This document shows positions 27,263 through 37,570 of a DNA stretch of 37,570 nt, in pieces. The translations under genes were made by a program, and so were the position numbers. Each line of letters starts with the position of its first letter. The stretch's first letter is position 1. The notes below the pieces were generated by a model. The model was given only the letters and a program-made list of their open reading frames with translations. It did not search any database and was not told the DNA's origin. The stretch is taken from contig CAWHOE010000023.1 of assembly GCA_963830915.1 (NCBI GenBank), positions 1 through 37,570 on the forward strand, read 5' to 3'. The stretch comes from a candidate division FCPU426 bacterium. GTDB taxonomy: Bacteria; Oederibacteriota; Muellerivitia; Muellerivitales; Muellerivitaceae.

Positions 27263-28542
27263 GGTATCACTCCCTTTCCTTGGGTTAATTCCCAGTTGGC
27301 TTCGGCCGTCTTCTCGCTCAAAAGGCCCGCGAGCTCGGCTTTCTCCTGGCTCGTCAATTGATTCTCGATCTGGTTCCAGTTCACGAAGATCATCAGACCA
27401 TTCAAATACTCCGCCTTGGCGATCTCTTCCTGGGTCTGAGCTGCCGTCAGTTGGGATTCAAGAACCTGCATTTGTTCAAGGGCGTTCGCGAATGAGGCGT
27501 AGGAACTTTCCAGGTTGTTTTCGGTTTTTAGCGCCGTGCTTTCAAGGGTATCCTTGGCGCCTTGCTTGGTTTCCTCGGCGCTGCGCAGGTCGAAAACATC
27601 CTTCCCGCCAGTGAAAAGGGGCAAGCTCAATTGAAGACCGGCTTTCCAGCTTGGTTCGGCTCGATCGAAATTCCAACCATCACGCATTAGGTCGGCGGTG
27701 GCTGAGAGTGTTGGAAAGAAAACGCTCCGGGCGGTCACATAATCGCTTTCGGAAAGGTGTAGCTGGGCCAGGGCTTCCTCGTAGGCGGGCGTCTGGGGAG
27801 TAAGGGAGATGAAATCCGGCATGGTATCGGGAAGTTTGGCGACCGTGAAATCACCGTCCACTTGAATATCTTCCATGGGGCTACGGCCCAAGACCTGGTC
27901 CAACTGTTTCTGCGCGACCCTCAGACCTCGCTGGGCTTGGTCCACTTCGAACAAGGCTTCCTGATAAGCCGCCTGGGCCTGTAAATAAGACCCTTTGTTA
28001 TCCGTACCGCCTTTGAAGTTCATCTCGACCAGGTCTGTGTTCGCTTTCTGCCGGTCGGCGATCGTCTTTAACAGGTCGATCTGTCTTTGGGAATAAAGGA
28101 GTTGATAGAAATCGGTTTTGAGATCGTGGGAAAGCTGCGCTTTGGCCTGCGTGAGTTGAGCCTTCGCCAGATCCAATTGAGCGTTAGCTTGGTCGACCGC
28201 GGCAAAATCCTTAAAGCCGGAAAAAATATCCTGTTGAGCGGAAAGAGTAAGGTTTGAAGTTTGGCTATAAGAGGGATCATTGAAAGCGTCGTTCACCCCC
28301 CCGCTACCGGAACGGCTCATGGAAGCGCTGAAGGAGATCTGTGGGAAGAACTGTCCGATACTGGCGATGTGGGAATCCTCAGCTGCCTTCAAGGCGCGTT
28401 GGGCGGTTTGCAGGTCCAAGTTGTGTTCGGTCGCTTCCTTGAGGCAATCCTCGAAGGTCAAAGGGGGAGCGGCTATAAGTATAGAAGGATGAAGCATGAT
28501 TATTAAGGCCAAGCCAAGGAATGGATAAAGAAGGCGTTTCAT
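27259..28542 (-). CDS. TolC-family outer-membrane efflux channel
   Basis: Signal peptide, two OEP repeats (FFPQISFS; FFPTLSA...LSLPLFTGG). First gene of the tolC-macA-macB operon. Confidence 0.9.
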   Translation of the reverse strand: MKRLLYPFLGLALIIMLHPSILIAAPPLTFEDCLKEATEHNLDLQTAQRALKAAEDSHIASIGQFFPQISFSASMSRSGSGGVNDAFNDPSYSQTSNLTLSAQQDIFSGFKDFAAVDQANAQLDLAKAQLTQAKAQLSHDLKTDFYQLLYSQRQIDLLKTIADRQKANTDLVEMNFKGGTDNKGSYLQAQAAYQEALFEVDQAQRGLRVAQKQLDQVLGRSPMEDIQVDGDFTVAKLPDTMPDFISLTPQTPAYEEALAQLHLSESDYVTARSVFFPTLSATADLMRDGWNFDRAEPSWKAGLQLSLPLFTGGKDVFDLRSAEETKQGAKDTLESTALKTENNLESSYASFANALEQMQVLESQLTAAQTQEEIAKAEYLNGLMIFVNWNQIENQLTSQEKAELAGLLSEKTAEANWELTQGKGVIP

Positions 28543-28617
28543 GGAGACCCTTTTTCACGAATGAGAGTTCGAAGCGAAACCACATCATAGCGAAATCAAT
28601 AAACTATTGAATATCTT

Positions 28618-28752
28618 AGCAGGCTGCTAAAAAAGTAAAGAAAGGGCTACAAAGCAGCCTGTCGACCCCAAAGATTCCGCAGGAATCGTGGGGTTACCGC
28701 AAATGTTGTCAGCTGAAAAAGTCCGGTTCAGGGACTTTTTCAGCAACCTGTT
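28618..28752. mobile_element. 135-bp MITE-like element
   Basis: Left AGCAGGCTGCTAAAAAAGT versus right reverse complement AACAGGTTGCTGAAAAAGT (16/19 identical). Internal hairpins. No ORF. Confidence 0.6.
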
Positions 28753-28822
28753 TGAGTTTGGACGCAAAAGGAAAGAGGGAAGTGTTGAGAATATGGAAAC
28801 AATAAGGATTGATAATTCTCAT

Positions 28823-28838
28823 TGTGATATCCTCAACA
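28823..28838. promoter_or_regulatory. TGT-N10-ACA (NifA-type UAS) upstream of the activator gene
   Basis: TGT-GATATCCTCA-ACA, overlapping an ACAAAATTGT near-palindrome. Short motif, could be chance. Confidence 0.35.
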
Positions 28839-28916
28839 AAATTGTAGTATTATGCCCAAATTGATTTAAAGCCCATTTTTGTCCAATTCTTTGGGTTTTA
28901 TCGAAAAGGCCAAAAG

Positions 28917-30511
28917 ATGACCGACCAACAGAAAAAGTTCACCCGGAAGATCCAGGAGCTCACCGCCCTATATGAGATCAGCCACACCATGTCCGCGACC
29001 TTGGATTTCAAAACGGTTTCCACAAAGGTCCTGGAGATCCTAGCCAATCATCTGGAGATGAAACGGGGGACCATCACCCTTTTGGACAAACACACAGGCC
29101 AGTTGAGTATCGAGGCGGCGCACGGTCTCACCAAGGAGGAAATATCCCGGGGTAAGTACAAGATCGGGGAAGGGGTCACGGGCAAGGTCGTTGAGAAGGG
29201 CGAGCCGATGATCATTCCTGATATCGGGAAAGAGCCCCTGTTCCTGAACCGGACCAAGTCCCGGGGAGACGTCAACCGCCAGAACATTTCCTTCATCTGT
29301 CATTCCAATCAAATCAAGGGGGAAACCTTGGGAGTGCTTTCGGTGGACCGCCTTTTCAAGGATGAGGATATCTCGTTCGGGGAGGATGTTCGCCTATTGA
29401 CCATCGTGGCATCCTTGATCGGACAGACCCTGAAACTCCACCAGATGATCGAAAAGGACAAGGAGCACTTGTTCGAGGAAAACCGCGAGCTCCAGAGCGA
29501 GTTGAAGGGCCGATACAAACTAGATAACATCGTTGGCGAGTCCAAGTCATGGTCGAGGTCTATAAGTGCGTCGATAAGGTGGCCCCGACCCGCTCTACCG
29601 TCATCATCCGAGGCGAATCGGGAACGGGCAAGGAACTCATCGCCCGAGCCATCCATTACAACAGCCCCCGAGCTGAGAAACCTTTCATCAAGGTTTCCTG
29701 CGCGGCCCTGCCGGAGAACCTGTTGGAAAGCGAGCTCTTCGGACATGAGAAGGGAAGCTACACCGGCGCTTCCGAGATGGTGAAAGGGAGGTTTGAACTG
29801 GCCGACGGAGGGACTTTGTTTTTGGATGAGATAGGGGATATTTCCCTCGCCATCCAGGTCAAACTATTAAGGGTCCTTCAAGAAAAGAAATTCGAGAGGG
29901 TCGGCGGCACTAAAACCATCACCTCCGACGTTCGTATCATCGCCGCTACCAACCGTAATCTGGAGAAGGCGATCGGTGAGGGGAAATTCCGCGAGGATCT
30001 TTATTACCGTCTGAACGTGGTCCCTATCTTCCTGCCGGCCTTGAGGGAAAGAAAAGAGGACATCCCTCTCCTGTTGACCCATTTCCTCAAGAAACACAAT
30101 CATGAGAACAACAGCCGATTCAAGATCACGACCGAGGCCATGGGACGGTTGGTCAATTATTCCTGGCCCGGGAATGTTCGCGAGTTGCAGAATACCATCG
30201 AGCGGATGACTGTCATGGCGAAGAGCGATGAATTGACCCCGGAAGATGTTCCGCTGCCCTTGGGACTCAGGCCGGGAGGGGTGGCCCATTTCGCCCCGGT
30301 GTATGACCGAGAGGAAGAACCCAGCGAGGCCAGTTCCATCCCCGAGGATGGCACCTTATCGGACCTGGAAAAGAAACGGGTCATGGAAGCCATGGAAAAA
30401 AGCGGGGGGATACAGGCCAAGGCCTGTAAGGTCCTGGGGATAACCCCGCGGCAGTTGGGGTACAGACTAAAAAAATACAAAATTGGGTATAAACCTACCT
30501 TTTTGTCGTAA
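28917..30511 (+). CDS. NifA-like sigma54-dependent activator (GAF-AAA+-HTH); split by a frameshift near 29547 (likely sequence error)
   Basis: GAF ([26 protein letters not shown]) in ORF 28917. [49 protein letters not shown] and a Fis-type HTH in ORF 29549. Joined product ~531 aa. Confidence 0.88.
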
Positions 30512-30651
30512 AGAACAAGGAACCAAAGGCTTATTCCCCTCTCTGTTTATCCATTGAATACATAAAAAGTGATTTTGTTTTTATTGAAAATGCTTTGAAA
30601 TTCCCCAAAGTCACGAATAAAAAAATCAACAAAATTCAAATGGTCACTTAA

Positions 30652-30667
30652 TGGCAGGACTTTTGCT
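30652..30667 (+). promoter_or_regulatory. Sigma54 (-24/-12) promoter of glnA
   Basis: TGGCAGGACTTTTGCT = GG-N10-GC. Lies ~145 bp upstream of glnA and directly downstream of a sigma54 activator gene. Confidence 0.8.
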
Positions 30668-30811
30668 TTATTACCTCCCGCTTTCGTGTTGTCGTTGTTT
30701 TTAGGGGGGATATACTGATTCAGTTTTTCGCTCCCCCTGGGCAAAAGGGGATTCATACCACGCACTCCCGTCACTAGCCGTAAAAAATCAAATATTTTCA
30801 GGAGGATTAAG

Positions 30812-32232
30812 ATGACTCCGAAAGAAGTAATGGATCTAATCAAGCAGAAGGACGTGAAGTACGTCGATTTCCGCTTCATCGACCTTCCCGGTATCTGGCA
30901 GCACACGACCTCGCCGGTCAAATTTTTCGACGAGGACGTTTTCAAGGATGGGAAAGGTTTTGACGGTTCCTCCATCCGCGGTTTCCAGGCCATCAACGAG
31001 TCCGACATGCTGCTCATCCCGGACCCTGATTCAGCCTTCATCGATCCATTCTTCGAGGCGACCACCCTGGTCCTTTGATTGCAATGTCATCGATCCGGTC
31101 ACCCGCGAATCCTATTCCCGCGACCCGCGATACGTGGCCCAAAAGGCCGAAAAGTACCTGCAGTCCACCGGCATCGCCGATATCTCCTACTGGGGTCCGG
31201 AAGCCGAGTTCTTCATCTTCAACGACATGAAGTTCGACCAGACCATGAACAGCGGTTTCTACTCGGTGGATTCCACCGAAGGGTCTGTGGAACACGGGTC
31301 GGGACGAGTATCCCAACCTGGCCTACAAGGTCCGGAACAAGGAAGGGTATTTCCCCGTTCCTCCGACCGACAGCCAGATGGACATCCGTTCCGAGATGAC
31401 CACCATCATGCAGGAGATCGGGATCCAGATCGAGACCCATCACCATGAGGTGGCTACCGGCGGCCAGGCCGAGATCGACATGGTGTTCGACACCCTGGTC
31501 GATCATGGCCGACAAACTCTTGAAGTACAAATACGTGGTCAAGCAAGTGGCCCGCCGTCACAACATGGTGGCGACCTTCATGCCCAAGCCCCTCTTCGGG
31601 GACAACGGCTCGGGCATGCACGTCCATCAGTCGCTCTGGAAGGGCAACACCAACATCATGTACGACGAGAAGGGCTACGGCGGATTGTCCCAGAACGCCC
31701 TCTATTACATCGGCGGTCTTTTGAAGCACGCCCCGGCCCTTTGCGCCTTCATCGCCCCCACGGTCAACAGCTATAAGCGGTTGACCCCCGGGTTTCGAGG
31801 CGCCGGTCAACCTGGTGTACAGCCAGCGCAACCGTTCGGCCTGCTGCCGTATCCCGCTTTATTCCAAGAGCGCGAAGGCCAAGCGTGTCGAGTTCCGCAC
31901 GCCGGACCCGTCTTGCAACCCTTACCTGGCCTTCCCGGCCATGCTGATGGCCGGTTTGGACGGGATCCAGAACAAGATCGATCCGGGCAAGCCGCATGAC
32001 ATGAACCTTTACGAGTTGGAACCCCGCGAACTGAAGAAGATGAAGAGCGTTCCCGGGTCCCTGCGGAGAGGCTTTGGACGCCTTGGAGGAAGACCACGAG
32101 TTCCTGTTGAAGGGCGGGGTCTTTACTGAGGACTTGATCGAGGAATGGATCAATTACAAGCGGACGAAGGAAGTTGACGCCATCCGTTTGAGGCCCCATC
32201 CTTACGAGTTCGTGCTTTACCACGATATCTAA
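30812..32232 (+). CDS. glnA: Glutamine synthetase type I (GSI-beta), interrupted by five +1 frameshifts (likely sequencing errors)
   Basis: [76 protein letters not shown] adenylylation Tyr, HPYEF. 1421 nt minus 5 gives 472 codons. Confidence 0.93.
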
Positions 32233-32249
32233 GCGATATCGGATCAACG

Positions 32250-32285
32250 AAAGCCCCCCTTCGAAAGACGGGGGGCTTTTTTTTT
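32250..32285 (+). terminator. Intrinsic terminator after glnA
   Basis: AAAGCCCCCC-TTC-GAAA-GAC-GGGGGGCTTT plus T-run. Confidence 0.9.
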
Positions 32286-32334
32286 GACTTTTCCCTTTAA
32301 AACATAGTTATTCCAAATTTGGTAAGATTAAAGA

Positions 32335-34026
32335 ATGTTTTCCTTAAGACGTAATTTCTTTAAAAAGAAGGCCAAGCTAGCGGTTTTGCTATTCGGTTTG
32401 GCATCCACAGCGCCCTTGCCCGCCTCGGTCGGGAATGTCGGCAGTGAATTTTGGCTGACCTTTCCCCAAGCGGACCATTACGGAACCCGTGTGGATAGTC
32501 TGTTGGTGACGAGCGAGACCAACACCAACGGGCAGGTCCAGATCCCTGGGATAGGGTACTCCGCTACATTCACGGTCTCCGCAGGGTCCACGACGGTCCT
32601 TTCCATACCCCTCACAACTGAGGCGGATATCTCCGACTCGGTCACCCAGTTGGGGATCCATTTGACCGCTGTTTCTCCTGTTGCGGTTTATGGCATCAGT
32701 TATGAACTATACAGCGACGACGGTTACTTGGGACTGCCGGTCAACGCCCTGGGGGATCATTACATCGCCATGGCCTACACCAATTCCCAAACCATCACGG
32801 GGGCCATGACCGAGTTCACGGTGGTCGGCACCCAGAACGCCACGTCCGTGACCATCACACCCTCGACATCGACGGGAGCTAGGGCCGCTGGAATCGCCTA
32901 TACGGTCAGTTTAAATCAGGGGGATGTATATCAACTCCAGAACGGGACCCAGGGAGCGGACCTGACAGGGACTCTCATCGACGCGAGCTTGCCGGTGGGG
33001 GTTTGGGGCGCCAATACCTGCGCGGACATCCCGGCCACGGTCTTCACCTGCAATTTCATCGTGGAACAGCTTTGGCCCATCCAATGGTGGGGAACCCGTT
33101 TCGCCACATGGCCATTGCCGGGACGGACCGGGGATACCTTTCGGTTTTTAGCCTCCCAGAATGGGACCATGGTATCCGTGAATGGGACGGCCACCGGTCC
33201 TTTGAATCAGGGACATTTTTCCGAGCAGGTCCTGACCCTGCCTTCCTATATAACGGCGACCCAACCCATTTACGTCATGCAATATTCCAACGGCCATGTG
33301 TTCGACGGGGCTTCGCAAGGAGATCCTTCCATGACCACGGTTCCTCCTCTGACCGAGTTTGCGGCGGATTACTTGACCTCCATGCCGGTCACGGGGTTTA
33401 ACAATAACTATGAGAACATTGTGGCGCCCACAACGGCGGTGGGAGCCATTACCTTGGATGGAGCGCCGATCCCGGCTAGCGTTTTCAGCGCGGTCGGCGC
33501 CAGCGGTTATTCAGGGGCGGCTGTTTCGGTATTGGAGGGAACCCACCATTTAAGCGGGCCTGTGCCCTTTGGGGTAGTCGAGTACGGTTCCTTCACCCGA
33601 GACGCCTACAGTTACCCTGGGGGAGCGGTATTTATTACTGACACCCCGACCTTTAGCCCAACGCCAACATTCACGAAGACCGCGACCCTTCCCCCGACCA
33701 TTACCGATACACCAACCTTTACCAACACCTACACCCCCACGCCAACCTCAACACCTCCGCTGGTCCTTTGGCCCAATCCTTTCAATCCCCGGACCGCGGT
33801 CGGGGGAGTGGTCAAGTTCTCGTATCTTCCGGCAGGCTCAAAAGTGGGTATTTACACCATCACAGGGGAATTGGTAAAAACCCTCCCTGAGGTCAATGGG
33901 TTGGCGATGTGGGATGGAAGGAACCAGACCGGATACATGGTTTCGGCGGGGATTTATTTTTATGTAGCCGAATCAGGTAGTCAGGTTCTTCAAACGGGTA
34001 AAATATTGGTATTGAACAGCGGGTGA
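32335..34026 (+). CDS. Secreted IgGFc-binding-domain protein with Thr/Pro linker and T9SS/FlgD-Ig-like CTD
   Basis: GSEFWLTFP, SDDGYLGLPVNALGDHY, EQLWP...WG, GDPSM..VPP, YSYPGG. CTD WPNPFNP...IYTITGELV...WDGRN..G..VSAGIY. Confidence 0.82.
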   Translation: MFSLRRNFFKKKAKLAVLLFGLASTAPLPASVGNVGSEFWLTFPQADHYGTRVDSLLVTSETNTNGQVQIPGIGYSATFTVSAGSTTVLSIPLTTEADISDSVTQLGIHLTAVSPVAVYGISYELYSDDGYLGLPVNALGDHYIAMAYTNSQTITGAMTEFTVVGTQNATSVTITPSTSTGARAAGIAYTVSLNQGDVYQLQNGTQGADLTGTLIDASLPVGVWGANTCADIPATVFTCNFIVEQLWPIQWWGTRFATWPLPGRTGDTFRFLASQNGTMVSVNGTATGPLNQGHFSEQVLTLPSYITATQPIYVMQYSNGHVFDGASQGDPSMTTVPPLTEFAADYLTSMPVTGFNNNYENIVAPTTAVGAITLDGAPIPASVFSAVGASGYSGAAVSVLEGTHHLSGPVPFGVVEYGSFTRDAYSYPGGAVFITDTPTFSPTPTFTKTATLPPTITDTPTFTNTYTPTPTSTPPLVLWPNPFNPRTAVGGVVKFSYLPAGSKVGIYTITGELVKTLPEVNGLAMWDGRNQTGYMVSAGIYFYVAESGSQVLQTGKILVLNSG

Positions 34027-34199
34027 AGCGGTTAGTTACCTTTTTGTTTGAAAAGAGAAGTTCTTAAAAGCGGTTCCATAACGTTAAAACTCCTTAAATT
34101 CCCTCGATGTTTGATATAATTTGGTTAAAATAACTTTGCTTTCTTCAGTTTCATCCAGTTAAAGAATTGTTAATTGTTGTTCAGCCAACAAGGACTTCC

Positions 34200-36695
34200 A
34201 TGCCAAGTTTCTCATTAAATAACACACTAAGAGTCCTCACTCTTTATTACCCCTATTTAAAACGGTTTAAGTCCATATTCGCGTTCTTGATCATCATCTT
34301 AATGCCGATATTGGCCCAGGCCGGGGTTAGCATCTCAAGCGTAACTGTCTCCAACAACACGCCGAATCTCGGAAATGTCATCGCTGTGACGGTCGCCTAT
34401 TGCGAAAGCAATAGCTATACCACGCCATTTTTCATCGTCGCCCTGAATCCGAATTCGACAACCATGCAATCATGTCCCACATCGAACCAGATCCTTTTGG
34501 TCGATCAGTGCACAGGTAACACAGGAGCCAATCCGGTCAATTCCAGCCAGGCTGACGCTTCCGATACTTGTGGAGGTAACGGCTGGGGTAGTACTCAAAC
34601 TGGAAGTTCCGGAAGTTGCGGCACCCAGGTTTTTAATGTCACCATACCGGCTTCCGCTTTGCCAGGGACCACCAACCTTATAGTGGCGGCTGGTGATTAT
34701 TATGTCCAATGCGCCTCGAATATTTCGGGCACCTCCTACGCGGCCCTCAGTATCCCTCTTCCGCCCCCCGCTTTCTCACTCACCAAAATAGCGGACGCAG
34801 CGACAGCGGCGCCCGATGGTTTAGTTCTTTTTGAGATCGATTACGCAGCCGTGAATGTCAATAACTGTGTCATTACGGATCAGGTGCCGGCCAACACAAC
34901 CTTCGCCTCGGCAGGCCCCAACGCGACCTATAACGCCGGGACCGGTACGATCACTTGGAACGTGGGCAGCGTCGCGGACCCGGTCACTACGGCTGTTTGG
35001 ATGTTGGCGACCGTCAATTCTGGCACTCCCGACGGCACACCGATTACGAATACCGCCGCAGGTAATTCAAGCCTTGGATCGACAACCTCAAACGCGGTCA
35101 CCACGACCGTGCGGGTACCCCAAGTGACCCTGCTGAAAAGTGAATCGGTGACCACGGCAACGAACGGCGGTGGTGTGACCTATAACCTTGATTGGACCGC
35201 GACGGGCCAGAACCTCCAAATGTACGATACTTATGACAACATCGCCGCCGGAACCAATGTTCCCAATATTTCCAGCCCGACGACGGTCGCGTGGGGCTAC
35301 GACCTAACTAACTACGTCACAGGACCTGGGATTGTAACAACCGATTATGGAACCTGGTCGATCGGAACCGACACCCTTAATAATCATTACGTCATCGCCA
35401 CGGCCGGCCAAATCAATTGCGGCGGCGGCGGGGGCCATTATCCGGTCCTGATCAGAAACGCTCCTGGTTTTGATATTTGCAGTAATATCACGGTTCAAGG
35501 CGACCTGCAAATACCCACCTCGAATACCTGCTCGGGCGCCGACGCCCACATGATCATGGCTTGTAATCCGGCCGAGGGGATCACTTTCAAAGGCGGCATA
35601 TCTCTCGATTCCAATCCAGGAAACTTGTTCGTTCAATTCAACAACGACTACACTGGGGTAAATTGGGCTGACTTGTCTGATAACACATTGCCTTTCACCA
35701 TCTCGACTGGGACCTGGTATACCATGCAAACCCAGGTGATATTTTCGCCAGCGGCCAGCGCAGTTTCCTTTTATATAAAACTTTGGCCTAAAAACAATCC
35801 GACCAATGTGGCAAGTGTAACCTTTTTTGATAATGTCACCGTTGACCCGGGGTTTATCATGCCCACCTGTTCGGGAGGTTGGAGAGCGGGTTGGCAAGCG
35901 GACGAAACAGCTGGAACTGATTGGTATTCTAATTTAAAGATCTTTGGGCCCGGTCCCGTGGTTAATTCCACCATCTATGACCCTATACCGGCTGGGGTCA
36001 GTTATGTCGGATCCAGCTTGACGCCCGCTTCTGGTCCGCCAACGCTGGTATGGAACTTCCCGGCCACCCTATTTTCCTTGGATACTCCCCTGAACTGGTG
36101 GGGAACTGTTTCCTGTCCTGGGCCCATTGTGAATCAAGGCTCCGTCAGCTCGCCTTCTATACCTGTCACCAACTCCAATCCGGTGACCCTCGTCATTTCC
36201 GGGGTTTGCAATACGTCGCCAACCAATACCCCCACCCTGACCTATACCCCTACTTTGACCAACACCCCGACCATGACCAATACCGGTACTTTACCACCCA
36301 CTAACACCCCCACCTGGACGCCGACTTATACGAATACGTTTACACAAACCTATACCCCCACGATCACCAATACCCCGACTGTTACCTTTACTCCGACCAA
36401 CTCATTTACCCCGACCAACACGCCGGTGCAGCTGCATATCTGGCCCAACCCTTATAATCCCAAGTACGCGGTGGGCGGGGTCCTCAAAGCGGGGATCGCC
36501 CCCTCCGGTTCCACCATGGACCTCTACACGGTTTCAGGTGAATCCGTAATACATCTTCATGAAGTGGACGGGATGATCCTTTGGGATGGGCGTAATAAAT
36601 ATGGGGTTAAAGTTTCCGGTGGAATTTATTACTATATTATTAAAAACGGGGGCAGTACATTATTGTCAGGCAAGCTTCTAATTATCATCGATTGA
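34200..36695 (+). CDS. Secreted DUF11-repeat protein with lectin-like insert, Thr/Pro linker and T9SS/FlgD-Ig-like CTD
   Basis: AAGGA SD before ATG 34200. LTKIAD...ITDQVPANTTF..A...ITW.VG...ITNTA (DUF11-like). CTD WPNPYNP...WDGRN..G..VSGGIY. Confidence 0.75.
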   Translation: MPSFSLNNTLRVLTLYYPYLKRFKSIFAFLIIILMPILAQAGVSISSVTVSNNTPNLGNVIAVTVAYCESNSYTTPFFIVALNPNSTTMQSCPTSNQILLVDQCTGNTGANPVNSSQADASDTCGGNGWGSTQTGSSGSCGTQVFNVTIPASALPGTTNLIVAAGDYYVQCASNISGTSYAALSIPLPPPAFSLTKIADAATAAPDGLVLFEIDYAAVNVNNCVITDQVPANTTFASAGPNATYNAGTGTITWNVGSVADPVTTAVWMLATVNSGTPDGTPITNTAAGNSSLGSTTSNAVTTTVRVPQVTLLKSESVTTATNGGGVTYNLDWTATGQNLQMYDTYDNIAAGTNVPNISSPTTVAWGYDLTNYVTGPGIVTTDYGTWSIGTDTLNNHYVIATAGQINCGGGGGHYPVLIRNAPGFDICSNITVQGDLQIPTSNTCSGADAHMIMACNPAEGITFKGGISLDSNPGNLFVQFNNDYTGVNWADLSDNTLPFTISTGTWYTMQTQVIFSPAASAVSFYIKLWPKNNPTNVASVTFFDNVTVDPGFIMPTCSGGWRAGWQADETAGTDWYSNLKIFGPGPVVNSTIYDPIPAGVSYVGSSLTPASGPPTLVWNFPATLFSLDTPLNWWGTVSCPGPIVNQGSVSSPSIPVTNSNPVTLVISGVCNTSPTNTPTLTYTPTLTNTPTMTNTGTLPPTNTPTWTPTYTNTFTQTYTPTITNTPTVTFTPTNSFTPTNTPVQLHIWPNPYNPKYAVGGVLKAGIAPSGSTMDLYTVSGESVIHLHEVDGMILWDGRNKYGVKVSGGIYYYIIKNGGSTLLSGKLLIIID

Positions 36696-36720
36696 ACCCA
36701 ATCTTCCTAGGAACGTCGAT

Positions 36721-37570
36721 ATGAGCAATAACCAAACTCGCTTTTCCTTTGGGGATTTTTTCCCAATGCCCCTTTTTTCAGCCCTTTTTTTATTGATTCT
36801 CCCGAACTTATTATTAGCCCAAACGACGGGCGCCGGCAGTACCAGCACCAATTTCCAGAAGATCAGCATGGGGGCCCGCGGAGCCGCCATGGGGGACAGT
36901 TTTTCCGCCGTCGCTGACGACGCGACCGCCATGTTCTGGAACCCGGCGGGTTTGGTCCTAGCGAGAGGATCCCAATTCTCCCTTACTCACGGGGAATGGA
37001 TGCAAGGTGTCGATAGCGAATATTTCGCCTTCAGCCAGAATATGGACCAGGATGGGGCGATCGGGGGAAGCATTAATTACTTAGGGTCTGGAACTTTCGC
37101 GGGAGCCTTGGAGACGCCATCCGGAGCCTACGGCGGGGTAGGGGACCAGATCAGCGCGTCCGATTACGAGGGCAGCCTGGCCTACGCCCAACGCCTCGGC
37201 AATTGGGGAGATGACACTGGTTTCTTCCATAATTCGATCCTGGGCATCAGGCTGGACCTGGTGGGTCAAAGTATCGTATCGGTTGGCACGAACGCGGCCT
37301 CCTTCGATATGGGATACATCTATGAAGCCATGCGTAAGACCTTCTACTTGAACGCGGTGATCACCAATATCGGCGGCAAGATCCAGAGTTTCATCCAACC
37401 CTTCACCTATCAACTGGGCGGTTCCTATCGCGCGAAGAACGTTTTGATGAGGAAAGACCGAAACATTGTGGCAGTCGAGACGGATGGTCAGATCGACACG
37501 GGATTAAAGTTCGATTTAGGCGATGAATACAAAATGTCATTTGGGGCGAATGACCTGGCCCTTCGCTTGG
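36721..37570 (+). CDS. PorV/PorQ-family (FadL-like) outer-membrane barrel, 5' partial
   Basis: Frame from ATG 36721 is open to the window end. Signal peptide, then FQKISMGARGAAMGDSFSAVADDATAMFWNPAGL and FDMGYIY. Absent from the ORF track because it lacks a stop. Confidence 0.85.
   Translation, partial: MSNNQTRFSFGDFFPMPLFSALFLLILPNLLLAQTTGAGSTSTNFQKISMGARGAAMGDSFSAVADDATAMFWNPAGLVLARGSQFSLTHGEWMQGVDSEYFAFSQNMDQDGAIGGSINYLGSGTFAGALETPSGAYGGVGDQISASDYEGSLAYAQRLGNWGDDTGFFHNSILGIRLDLVGQSIVSVGTNAASFDMGYIYEAMRKTFYLNAVITNIGGKIQSFIQPFTYQLGGSYRAKNVLMRKDRNIVAVETDGQIDTGLKFDLGDEYKMSFGANDLALRL

Noticed and set aside
30812..32232. Programmed frameshifting in glnA
   Set aside because: Five shifts with no shared slippery motif or stimulatory structure; sequencing error is more parsimonious.

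Overview
Chromosomal window from a diderm bacterium. The many Thr/Pro-rich exported proteins with T9SS/FlgD-Ig-like C-terminal domains, plus a PorV/PorQ-like gene, suggest an FCB-related or candidate-phylum organism (inference only). Left end (1-8.5 kb): an accessory block of secreted Thr-rich proteins (CE4 deacetylase, NHL propeller), a stand-alone LacI HTH, an outer-membrane beta-barrel, a TIMP-like protein and a lone homolog of the phage anti-defence sponge Tad1. Middle: YddA-like ABC transporter, GH5 glycoside hydrolase with a LacI-type operator, DUF2225, and a metY-cysK-metX-metW cluster. That cluster has a near-consensus sigma70 promoter and a ~470-nt leader with two tandem SAM-II-like riboswitches, each with its own terminator/antiterminator, plus a third unassigned structured element. 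Further on: hydrolases, glutaredoxin, mutY, a class III cyclase with non-canonical catalytic residues, tolC-macA-macB, a NifA-like sigma54 activator and glnA (both carrying clustered frameshifts, probably sequencing errors). Right end: two more Thr-rich CTD proteins and a partial PorV-like gene. Intergenic DNA holds several families of small palindromic/MITE-like repeats, including an ~80-bp element inserted twice into the arms of other repeats. All family assignments come from motif recognition by eye; no searches were run.
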